DNA from: Podarcis vaucheri
Lineage: Eukaryota
NCBI GenBank assembly: GCA_965113315.1
Contig: OZ220370.1
Reading direction: 5' to 3' (one strand)
DNA length: 64,000 nt
Shown here: in pieces, positions 25,193-36,764 of the stretch
Position numbering within the stretch: the first letter of the stretch is position 1
How the letters are laid out: each line of letters starts with the position of its first letter
The notes under the pieces: model-generated
Told to the model about the DNA's origin: nothing
The model's input: the letters and a program-made list of their open reading frames with translations, nothing else
Database searches by the model: none
Made by a program: the position numbers and the translations under genes

Positions 25193-27595
25193 ATGAAAGG
25201 AATTCCGAGGCTGTGGAATTGCAGAAAGGGAATCTTCCAGTGCCTTTTCATGATGTTTTCTTGGAAGGCAGTTTCTGGGCAGATCCACTACTCCATTCCA
25301 GAAGAGATGCACAAAGGCTCTTCCGTGGGGAATATTGCAAAGGACCTGGGAATGGATGGCAAGCAGCTCCCAAACCATAGACTGCGCATTGTTTCTCCTG
25401 TAGGTATGATTCAGTACTTTTCTTTGAATGCCAACAATGGCCATTTGCAGATATCTGAGAGAATAGATAGAGAGGAAATCTGCAGAGAGGCAGAGAAATG
25501 TATGTTAAAGTTTCAGGTTCTTGTTGAAAGCAAATTGAAGCTTTATGGAATTGAAGTGGAAATTACAGATATAAATGATAATGCTCCCCACTTCCCTCTA
25601 TGGGAACAGGAGCTGGAAATCAGTGAGGCATCTATACCTGGATTCCAGATCCCTCTACCCAAAGCTCAAGATCCAGATTTGGGGATAAATTCAGTGCAGA
25701 GCTATCAACTCACAGGCAGTAGCAATTTTGCTTTGCATGTGCAAACAGAAGAAAATGGTGCCAGACTTGTTGAACTTGTGTTGGAAAAGTCACTGGACAG
25801 AGAGGAACAATCAGCTTACGATTTGCTCCTCACAGCTACTGATGGAGGTGATCCCATCAGATCTGGCACATTACAAATCCACATCGCTGTCCTTGATGCA
25901 AATGACAATGCACCAGTTTTCAGCCAACCTCTCTATGAAGTGAGTGTCAATGAGAATATTCCCAAGTGGTCCATACTTTTGACAGTGAGAGCAACTGATA
26001 TGGATGAAGGAATCAATGGAGACATTAAATACTCTTTCCAAGAAATTACAAAGCGCGACTCCCAAATGTTTGTGTTAAATTCCACAACAGGGGAAATCAT
26101 CCTTATTGGGACTCTTGATTATGAGGAATCATCTTTATATGCATTTGAGATACAAGCCAGAGATGGAGGAAGGCTGAGTGACAGATCAAAAGTTGTGATA
26201 TCTGTTACAGATCTGAATGACAATGCACCTGAATTATCAGTTACCTTTGCCACCAACACCATACTTGAAAGTTCACCATCCCAAACGGTAATTGCCATTT
26301 TAAATGTCCAAGACCGAGATTCAGGAATCAATGGGGAAATCACATGTTCAATCCCTAGCAACCTCCCTTTCCAGCTAAAGAAGTCCATGGATAACTTTTA
26401 CAGTTTGGTGACTGATGGTGCCCTTGACAGGGAACAGGTGTCAGTCTTCAATATTACTGTCACTGTTTCTGACCATGGAGTCCCCCCTCTTTCTACAGTC
26501 ACAGTTGTCACACTTCATGTTTTAGACACAAATGACAACCCACCCCTCTTTGAAAAAACAGACTATACTTTCTATTTTGTTGAGAATAACCAAAGAGGAG
26601 CCATGGTCTCTTCCATAAGAGCAAATGATCTTGACTGGGAAGAAAATGCCAGAATAACATATTCCATCACTGATGACCAAGGAAGTGACTCCCGCCTCTC
26701 TTCCTACCTCTCCATTAACTCTGAGACGGGGGTTATATATGCTCTGACCTCCTTTGATTATGAAGACTTTCGAGACATTCGGTTCCGTGTAAAGGCTCAG
26801 GATGGAGGTTCTCCACCACTCAGCTCCAACGTCTCAGTGACTCTCTTCATCCTGGACCAGAATGACAATGCTCCCCAAATCCTGTACCCCTCCCCTCCCA
26901 CTGACGGCTCCACAGGGATAGAGCTGGCCCCTCGCTCCTCAGAGCCAGGCTACCTGGTCACTAAGGTGGTGGCCGTGGATGCGGACTCTGGCCAGAATGC
27001 CTGGCTCTCCTACCAGCTGATCAAGGCCACCGAGCCAGGGCTCTTCACTCTGGGGCTCCACACGGGAGAGATCAGGACGGCCCGCTTCTTTCTGGAGAAA
27101 GATGCCCTCAAGCAAAGCCTGGTGGTTTTAGTCAAGGACAATGGGCAGCCACCTCTCTCTGCTTCAGCCACTCTGACTGTGGTGCTGGCTGACACCATCC
27201 CTGCAATCCTCTCAGACCTGAGCAGCATCTCAGCTCCTGTGGAGCCTCCGTCTGACCTCACCTTCTACCTGGTCCTTGCAGTGGCTTTTGTCTCTTGCTT
27301 GTTCTTCACTTTCCTCCTTGTCTTACTGGCCATCAAGTTGCACAGGTGGAGAAATTCTCAGCTGCTTGAGACGGGGAGTGTGAATTTCAGTGGCGCTCCT
27401 ATCTCACAGTTTGTGGGGATTGACGGAGTCCGAGCATTTCTGCACTCCTACTGCCAGGAGGTTTCTCTCACTACAGACTCTAGAAAGGCAAATTATTCCA
27501 ATACTCTGAACAATAAAGAAGCTTGTGAGGCAAAGGATCCAATCCTACCTGGTGAAGATTTAAACTTGAACAATGAAGGCTTAATCGTAGTCCAG
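25193..27595 (+). CDS. PCDHGA: Protocadherin gamma-A-like variable exon A3 (801 codons)
   Basis: The ATG is at 25193 (the track start at 25148 is a TTG). Intact gA ORF. Donor CAG|GTGAGC at 27595/27596. Confidence 0.94.
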
Positions 27596-30578
27596 GTGAG
27601 CAAACAATTTTAGATAAGCAATGTTTTTATTTTGTTAATATCAGAATATATTTCCTGTCTGCCTCTGCTTTCTCATTATATTCAGAACTATGTCAGTCTT
27701 CTTTCTATTCCTTGCAGCCCGCCTTCTTTTAGTCATCACTGGGTATGTGATACTTCTGTGAAGTATCTTCTTTCAACAAATCTTCATATTGATGCATCAG
27801 ATGATCTGTCTTTGTCTCTTATTTTGGACTGCTGGTGGAGGCTCACAAAACCTTGTGGACATCTATAAAAAAAATAGTTCCCTACATATTGAAAACTATC
27901 ATGTATGGGAGATTGGGAGAAGGCTAGGCTGATAACTATCATCCTATTTTCATTTGGAGGTATGTTTCTCTCCTCCCGCTTTGAACAAGCCTTCAGCATT
28001 TGAGTTCCTGTGAGATTGATTTTATGCATTCTTAATTGTTTTAATTTAGTATGTTGTATTTGGCTTTTATTTCATATTTTTATTACACTTCAAAATAGTT
28101 GGTGGTTTAAAAAATCTGTATCAATAAATAAGTATATAAATGTAAGCCCTCACCTGCCTTGCTACTGGTAAGTTGTAGTTGTGCCGCCTCAATGAAAACT
28201 AGGGCCAAGTATCCTATGACAAATAAGTGTTCATTCCCATCTTTCAACCAATAACCTCTTTCCACTACATACCCAACTGCCCACCAGTAAGCTGATACTG
28301 AGATTCTCTTTGCTACAAGACTTCTTTTTAAAAAAGTAATAATGAATTTACTTAACTCTTTTATTGGCTGAATTATTTTCACTTTTTGTATATTTTAGCA
28401 TGATAAAATGAGGAGATTCAATGGTGAGGGGACTCTGGGAAGAAATTTACAAGCAATTGTATTGTAAGATTGGTTGCATAATGCTCCTTGTAATTTGCAA
28501 CCTTCACCCGCTATTGAACTACAGCAGCAACACACAAATGCATTTTGGGGGGGGGGGGTATTTTCTACTTTAATGAGATTTCCAGTGTAAAGTAGGGGTA
28601 GAATTTCGAACCCCAGAGAAGGTGTCGTGTGTTGCCTTCTCCCTGTAATATGAATGAAAACAGCTTCAGCCAAAGGTGTGTTCTTCTAGGTAGTTCCACA
28701 CTGCTACAATGGGTGCCACCCTGGAAATGTGACTGCAAGTTTATTTACTCCTCTGTCACATGACTGTAAGCTGTTTTGATGCCAGTTCTCTTTGGTGATA
28801 TGTGGCTTATATTTTTCTATTAAAAATATGCTGTCATGGTTGGTGTTGTAAACACACTACAGTGGCAAGTATTGATGCATTTGGGGGACATTTTATGAGG
28901 CATGTGGGGGTTTTTTTGTTGTTGTTCCCGTAAGGAAAACAATGAATGGTAACTTGCTGAAATTTGGGGAAGTTGTTTGTGTGACCATTTCTGACAATGT
29001 CCTAGAAGGACTATCCTGTAGTTCTACTAATGTGTGAATTGGACAATGAAAAGTATGCTGGGAGGATGCTTGGATTCCCACAAAATTGTTTGACGTTTAA
29101 GAGCAAGTGGGAATTATTTAGAGATTATTGGAACACCAGACAAAAATAGTGCAAACAGTAGTTACTTTTCATTATTGTAAATGCAAGTGGTAAATCCTCT
29201 TGCATTAATAAAATGCACATCTGCTTGTTTTGGGCTTTCAATGTTTTTTCTGTTACAAAAAGAAAATATTTAAAAGAATAATGCACACACGTAGAGATTT
29301 TTGTACTATGGATACAAGGCACATTGCAGATAATGTCATATATTGTACTCTTAATAGTTATTAAACATAATTTGTTTTATAAATAGTGCAACTTGTTTTA
29401 GTCCAGGTCCTAAGGGAAACCTTGTTGGCTCTTTCCATACAGAATAGGAAACATATTCAACAGTAGATCTTTACCTTTCCTATGATATATATAGTGTCAG
29501 CAGCAGAGAGCAGCAGCAAGTTAATTGTTTCAGAGGGCAATGAATTTAACCAACATTCATCTTAGATATCTTAAGGGCACATCGTCTATGCTGGTGATGA
29601 AAGTTGCAATGAAAAGATTTTGTCCCATCCTTTCCAACATGAACATAAGGAAAAGTGTGTTGCAGATCCTCCATTGTGAGGACTATGCATGCCATGGGCT
29701 TATTTGCATAATTCTTGCCTTCTGAAAAAGGGGGACATTTCCTTAAAGAAGGCATCATACATAAAATACTTGTCTCACATGTCCCTTCTTGTGTATGATG
29801 TAGGGGGGGAATCAGCACCGTCTCCCACTCTGTGTTGCTGATTGTTTGTATGAAGAGAACTATGTATGGTAGAACAGCAATCATCATGGGATGACAGGTG
29901 TTCCATGAGGACAGAAGTGAATACACAGTGGTATAATTGATGTGGCCAGGCTCTGCCTGGCAGGAGTCTGGCTGTGAGGAGACTTTCCATCCCACCTTGA
30001 GCAAATATCCCACAATAGTCCATCCACCAACTATAGAGAATAGTTGTTTGCTGACAGCTCAAGTAAAATCCAGCTCGTGAGCTTTCCCTGGGAAATAGTA
30101 TTCTGCCTAATTTTCACCAGGTTGCTTCTTTTTAAACCACAAATTGCTGAAGAGATGTCAAGAACTGAATTTAAGATTGGAAGACAGAGAAACAGAGAGA
30201 ACTGAAACTGACAGGTCTGCACTTTCCTAATACATACTTTTTATGTTCTCAAAAAAAACCTCTTGAGTTGTTCGGGTTGGGGATTTCAAGGAAAGCTAAA
30301 AAAAGAAAGTAAGAATGGCTTTTGAACCAACTGGATACTACCATTTGTCTACCTATGGAAACCTTTCCAATTTAGAAGATGTAGAAAATAAATATTCCTC
30401 ACCCACAACTACTGCCCTCAAATTGTAGCAAAAACATATCATCTCTTCTTGACAGGAGATTACTGGGTGAACACATTGAGCATCATATAAAAATATCTTG
30501 CAAAACAAATGCAGTAATGATTTCTTTTTCAAGCCCAAGGCATTGCAAAGTAGCGCATGATATAACAAAATATAATTA

Positions 30579-31687
30579 CCGTATTTTTCGCTCTATAACA
30601 CGCACCTGACCATAACACGCACATCGTTTTTAGAGGAGGAAAACAAGGGAAAAAATATTCTGAATGAAACAGTGGACGTATCATTTTTGTGCTTCATGCT
30701 GTGGCCACAGACATGTGATCTGATGGTGAATTTGGGGTGACCCAATGCAAAAATCCTGAGAATCCCTGTGGATCCATGCTTTGTAACCACGTTTTTGCAC
30801 CATTGCAGCCCCAGGCAACAGTGGGTGCGTGATTTTTTTTGGGGGGGGCAGGCTGTAGCCATGGACATGCTATGTGCTCTGATGGTGAATTTTGGCTGAC
30901 CCAATGCAAAGATCCTGAGGATCCATGTGGACCCATACTTTTTAACCACGTTTTTGCACCATTGCAGCCCCAGGCAACAGTGGGTGCGTGATTTTTTTTG
31001 GGGGGGACAGGCTGTAGTCATGGACATGCTATGTGCTCTGATGGTGAATTTTGGCTGACCCAATGCAAAGATCCTGAGGATCCATGTGGATCCATGCTTT
31101 GTAACCACATTTTAAGTGGGGAGGGAAGGAAAAACACAGAAGGCTAAGAATGCAGGAGAGGGCTATAACGTGAGGAAAGGAAGGCAAAAGTTTCCCCCCA
31201 CCCACCCACACAAGCCAGCCAGCGTGTGCTCTCTCTCTCTCTCTCTCCCTCTTTAAATGGAAGAAAGCATATTTGAATGCTGTGTGTCTCCAAAAACAAA
31301 AAGCAGGAAGTCAAATCAGAATTTTAAGCCGAACCTGTAATCTCTCTTCCCTTCACAAACATTGTTCCCTCCGGAGCAGGGAGAGGATAGAAGGACGGAC
31401 GCTCTGCTTTCCTCTCTTCTTGCCTGGAGGGGAGGGGCTTCCCCTGCTCTTTGTTCCGTTTGAGCAAACACAGTAACGAAACAGAGAGGGCGGGCAGTAA
31501 GACTCTGAGGCAGAATGCAGGAAAGCCGCCACTTCCTCTCTTCAGGCTTCCCTTCTCCCTGAAGCGCGGTTTGATTTTTGCCTCATTTTTCGGCTCCAGG
31601 GACCACACATTCGCTGCATAACACGCACAGACATTTCCCCTTCCTTTTTAGGAGAAAAATCTGCGTGTTATAGAGCGAAAAATACGG
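30579..31687. mobile_element. Non-autonomous Tc1/mariner-superfamily (Tc2/pogo-like CCGTAT end) DNA transposon, 1.1 kb
   Basis: Perfect 26-bp TIR ccgtatttttcgctctataacacgca flanked by TA. Subterminal ataacacgcac repeats. No transposase ORF. Confidence 0.88.
30720..31110. repeat. 159-bp tandem repeat (~2.5 copies) inside the DNA transposon
   Basis: The unit start tgatggtgaattt recurs at 30721, 30880 and 31039. Confidence 0.9.
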
Positions 31688-32187
31688 TATATTTTAAAAT
31701 ATTACACTGGAAGTTGCCTTAGCACCTCTCTAATCAGTAGTAGAGAAAAGCTCCGCCTGTTGAAGTAAACAATAGAGGGCTAAATGGAAAATAAATATGA
31801 ACTAGTATAAGGCCCATCCCTATTTTCCTATTCACAAATATTTTTTGTTTAAATGTACTGGCTGAAAACACATCACTGTGTGGGTCAACCTAAAATTATC
31901 ACAAGCTGAACCTCTGACGGGAATACGTATTAAAAATTCACTTGTGATAATTTCCTAATATTATTTAGATTTTTTTAAATGCACATTAAACATGGAAGAA
32001 AGAAATTTGGAACTCTGGGCTCATTGACCTGCATTCTGAAAAGAGCTCTTAATGGAATGAATAACTATGAGGTCTGATCAATAATCCATTGGGGGGGTAC
32101 AACTTGAAAACAATGGTAAAGGGTTAAATTAAAATCAGTTCTCTACATTAGAAATTATATACTATGTGCCATTATTGAAATGGCAAA

Positions 32188-32226
32188 TACAGTTCCCCAT
32201 GTGGACTCAGAGTGTCACTGTTGGAC
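32188..32226 (+). promoter_or_regulatory. CSE / CTCF site of the B3 promoter (CACT variant)
   Basis: TACAG-N12-ACTCAGAGTGTCAC-TGTTGGAC, ~240 bp before the ATG. Confidence 0.78.
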
Positions 32227-32465
32227 AACGTGGGAGCAGCCATGGCTCAGCATTTCCAAGACTCTTGGAGCAATCTCTCTCTCTCTCTCTCTTAACACAT
32301 CAGCGGAGCAGAAAGGAAAAGCTTTTATTTTAAAAGCTGCTCAAGAAAGGAAAGCTCTCAGTTTCCCAAGAATCAGCTCAAAAGAACGGTATTGGTACTA
32401 TCTCACATGAGTGTACTGGGAGTCTTGCAAACTATACTGAAAGAAGGAAGAAATCAGGAAATGCA

Positions 32466-34895
32466 ATGGATGTGATGGAAGTAAAGCAGGCAAAGAGAAC
32501 AAGGAAGATCACCAGGAGGCAAGTACTGTTTCTGTTCATATTCTGGTCTGTGTTCTTCTGCCAGGTGTTGTCTGAGAAGGTTCAGTATTCAGTTCCAGAG
32601 GAAGCAGAGCAGGGCTCCTTTGTGGGGAACCTTGCTAAAGATCTGGGGTTGGATGTCAGAGAGCTGTCAAAGCGCAAGCTTGGTATTTCTTCAGAAAAGA
32701 AATTCTTTGAGTTGAATGAACAAAATGGCAACCTGTATGTGAATGAGAGGATAGACCGGGAAGAGATTTGTGGTAAATTATCTACTTGTGTCCTCAAATT
32801 AGAAGTTGTGGCACACAGTCCTTTGAATATTTTCCAAGTAAACATTTTTATCCAGGACATCAATGATAATGCCCCACATTTCCAGAATGAAAATATTGAG
32901 CTTAAATTTAGTGAATCTACTCTGCCAGGAACTCGATTTGCTCTTGGAAATGCTGAAGATGATGATATCGGAATGAACTCCCTCCAGAATTATCAATTGA
33001 GCTCAACTCCATATTTCAAACTAGAAATTCAAGCTGGCAATGATGGCGGCAAATATGCAGAATTAATATTGCAGAAACAACTGGACAGGGAAAAGGAACA
33101 GATGCATCACATGGTCCTTACAGCCATGGATGGTGGAGAACCTCCAAAAACCGGAACAGCCAAAATATTGGTTGCAGTTATTGATATTAATGACAATGCC
33201 CCTGTTTTCACCCAGACAATCTATAAAGTGAGCCTGAAGGAGAGTGCACCCAAAGGAATCTCTGTGCTTCAACTCAAAGCATCTGACAGTGATGAAGGGT
33301 CAAATGCTGAGATCACTTACACTTTCAGTGACATCCCAAAAACAGCCAAGCAGAAGTTTCATCTGGATCCGAGAGACGGAACAGTTACACTCATAGAAAG
33401 TGTTGATTTTGAAGAAAGTCGATATTATGTGATGATAATTCAGGCAAGTGATGGAGGAGGATTGGCAGCACATTGCAAAGTGGAGGTTGAGGTTCTTGAT
33501 GAGAATGACAATGCGCCAGATGTGATCCTTACATCCGTGTCCAGCCCAGTTCTGGAAGATGTCGCATCTGGAGCTGTGATTGCTCTCATTAAAGTTCAGG
33601 ACAGGGATTCTGGGGAGAATGGAGAAGTCACCTGTCACCTGAAGGAACTTGTACCTTTCCTGATAGTCTCATCTTTGGATAATTACTTCAAGCTCCTAAT
33701 AGATGGTGCCCTTGACAGAGAAAGGACTCCCGAGTATAATATTACAATCGCAGCCACAGACAAAGGCACACCTCCACTCTCCACACACAAAACCATATCA
33801 ATACAGATCTCAGATATCAATGATAACCCACCAGCCTTTGAAACATCTTCCTACACTGCCTACGTTCCAGAGAACAACCCATCTGGAGCTTCAATTTTCC
33901 ACATCAAGGCCTCTGACCCAGATCTGGATCGCAATGCCAGAATCACTTACTCCATCCTTCACAGCAACATCAAGGACCTGCCTCTTTCCTCCTATGTCTC
34001 CATTAACTCTGAGACCGGGATCATCTATGCCCAACGCTCCTTTGACTATGAGCAATTCAGGGAGTTTCAGATTCAAGTGAAGGCCCAAGATGGAGGTTCT
34101 CCACCACTCAATAGCAGTGCCACAGTGACAGTATGTGTTTTGGATCGAAATGATAACGCTCCGCAGATCCTGTACCCCTCACAATCAACAGAGGGCTCCC
34201 CTTTCTTTGAGATGGTGCCTCGGTCAGCTGAGTCGGGTTATCTGGTGACGAAGGTGGTGGCCGTGGACTCTGATTCGGGACACAATGCCTGGCTCTCCTT
34301 CCATCTCCTGCAGGCCACAGAGCCCTCACTCTTCAGCATTGGCTCCCACACAGGAGAGGTGCAAACAGTCCGAGCATTACTTGAGAGAGATGCAGTGAAG
34401 CAGAGGCTGGTCATCCTGGTGAAGGACAATGGGCATCCTCCTCTCTCAGCCACCACAACTTTGAGCCTGGTGTTTGCTGAGAACTTCCAGGAGGCTCTTC
34501 CAGAAATGAACTCCCAACCAAATGACTCAGAGTATCAGTCTGATCTACAGTTTTATTTGGTATTGGCCTTGACCTTGGTGTCCTTTCTGTTCCTGGTGAC
34601 GGTGATACTGACCATTCTGATGAAGCTTCGAAGGTCAAGGAACCCCACTTTCCTTCAGTGCTTTATTCCTGACCCCCATTCAAAGGCTGGTGCCATATTC
34701 CCACCCAATTATGAGGACGGAACTTTGCCTTATTCCTACCAGGTCTGTCTGTCCTCTGAATCCAGGAGGAATGAGTTGACTTTCCTGCAGCCCACTGTCC
34801 AAATAGCAGAGAACATCCTTTGCAATGGCAGCTCTGACATTTCTTTGATGGTCAGTGGAGGCAATTTAATTTCTGAAAAGGAAAATGACAGCACG
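32466..34895 (+). CDS. PCDHGB: Protocadherin gamma-B-like variable exon B3 (810 codons)
   Basis: Intact gB ORF. Donor ACG|GTGAGT at 34895/34896. Confidence 0.93.
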
Positions 34896-35730
34896 GTGAG
34901 TTATATTTCATGTTCCTTTTAGGGAATTTGGTGTTGTCACTTGTTTGAGAGTTTATTTGTAAATAGTGGATGTTATCAAACTGGCACTCCAGACAATTCA
35001 TGCCATGTCACCAGGGAAGTAGGTATGGGGTAGTACTGAGTTGCTACTGCTGCAGATCAAGCTAATGGAATGGGCCTTCTAGCAGTTGTTGAAGGGCAAA
35101 ATTGCAAGTTGGGGGGAGCCTCAGTTAGAATTATGCAGATGCACATTTGCATGCTGACTTAGGGTGAGAATCTCGGACCACAGGATGACATAGCATGTTT
35201 GAGTGGAGACAGTGCTTATTCTTCCTTCCCTCCTTCTTTCCTTCCTTCGTAGTACGACTAAAATTGAAAATGTAGCTATTTTAATGTTATGTCTTAAAAA
35301 ACAACAGAAAAACAGATAAAAAAATATTACATTGTATATTCTTCAAGAAGTTTGAAAATTTTCTGTTTATTGGCCAACTTCTCCTTATTGTTAAACTAAA
35401 TATTAGGGAGTTTCTGGGGAGTTTTTTATGTGTTGTGGGGAAGGAAATAGCGGGTTGAACATCTTTTGTTGGCAGTCTGCCAACAGAGATAATTACATGG
35501 TGATTGATGATAGCCAGACATAAGTCTTGGTTCCCATATTCATTTTGGAAAAAAGAGTGAACAATAGATTAATCTCTGGTGCTTTGGAAAAGCTCTTTTC
35601 TGTGTTCAAGAGACCAAGAAGCAGTCAGCTCCTAGGAACTCGGATGGGGATTAAGCTACTTGAGAACTGAGGAATTTACATCTTGCCCCAAAGCCATGAA
35701 AGAGCCGTGATGGGTATGGGATCTGCAAAA

Positions 35731-36040
35731 TAATAATAATAATAATAATAATTTATTATTTGTACCCCGCCCATCTGGCTGGGTTTCCCCAGCCACTCTG
35801 GGCGGCTTCCATAGAAACAAAAAAAAAAACACACACTAAAATATCATACATTAAAAACTTCCCTGAACAGGGCTGCCTTAAGATGTCTTCTGAATGTTAG
35901 GTAGTTGTTTATCGTTTTGACATCTGATTGGAGGGCGTTCCACAGGGCGGGCGCCACTACCGAAAAGGCCCTCTGCCTGGTTCCCAATGAGGGAACCGCC
36001 AGAAGGCCCTCGGTGCTGGACCTCAGCGTCCGGGCAGAAC
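35731..36040 (-). mobile_element. Young 5'-truncated L2-clade LINE (3' end)
   Basis: Minus strand encodes RAFSVVAPALWNALQSDV...FRRHLKAALFREVF* (L2 ORF2 C-terminus) followed by an (ATT)n tail. Perfect 11-bp TSD gatctgcaaaa at 35720-35730 and 36041-36051. Empty sites at ~16056, ~21720 and ~47770. Confidence 0.88.
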
Positions 36041-36605
36041 GATCTGCAAAAGCCTCCCTTTCTTAATTATATTTGGGACAGTTATAATTTATAACCAAGG
36101 GAGATTTGTCCATCAGCTGGTGATAATTTACATTCAATGTGTGAGCTGCTTTTTGGCTTCAAGAAGAAGGGAAGGGAAATTGAACATTAAAGGGTTGAAG
36201 GCAGAACAAAATGCCTATTTTGTGGTTTGAGACAAGAAAGTTTTAAGCGAACAATGGAGATCTGTGTTTTTGTATTTTTCAGATTGAGCGTATATAAATG
36301 TTCTACATTGTTAAACTCTTATATTATTAAAAATGAATAAAAATAATATTTAAAAATGACAACCATGATTTAAAGCACACAGAAAGTTTAAATCACAACA
36401 GAATAGATTAAAACAAATTAAAACTCATACACAATTGGGTCTGATTGGAAAAGCACAGTGTATGATATGGTGAAGCATTGATGGAAGCTGTCAGTTGTAA
36501 AACACTCCTCAGGTCCTGTGACTGGTTATTCCTGGTTGCAGAATGAATAGAGCTCATGCACAGCCTTTGTTTGATCAATGAGTGGAGCAGGCAGTCTGTC
36601 TCTCA

Positions 36606-36764
36606 TGGAATCATAGAGTTGGGAGGGACCCAAGGGTCATCTGGTGCAACACCCTGCAATGCAGGTATCTCAGCTAGAGCATCCATGGCAGATGACCATC
36701 CAACCTCTGCTAAAAAAACCTCCAAGGAAGGAGAGTCCACAACTTCCCAAAGGAGACTGTCCCA
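36606..36764 (-). mobile_element. CR1 LINE 3' fragment
   Basis: ggaatcatagagttgggagggacc...aacctctgct...ctccaaggaaggagagtccac aligns with the 3' end of the CR1 at 58639. Confidence 0.78.

Noticed and set aside
30593-31108. 171-aa minus-strand ORF with 53-aa repeats
   Set aside because: A by-product of the 159-bp tandem repeat inside a non-autonomous transposon. It is not a transposase, and it is not a CRISPR-like array because there are no unique spacers.
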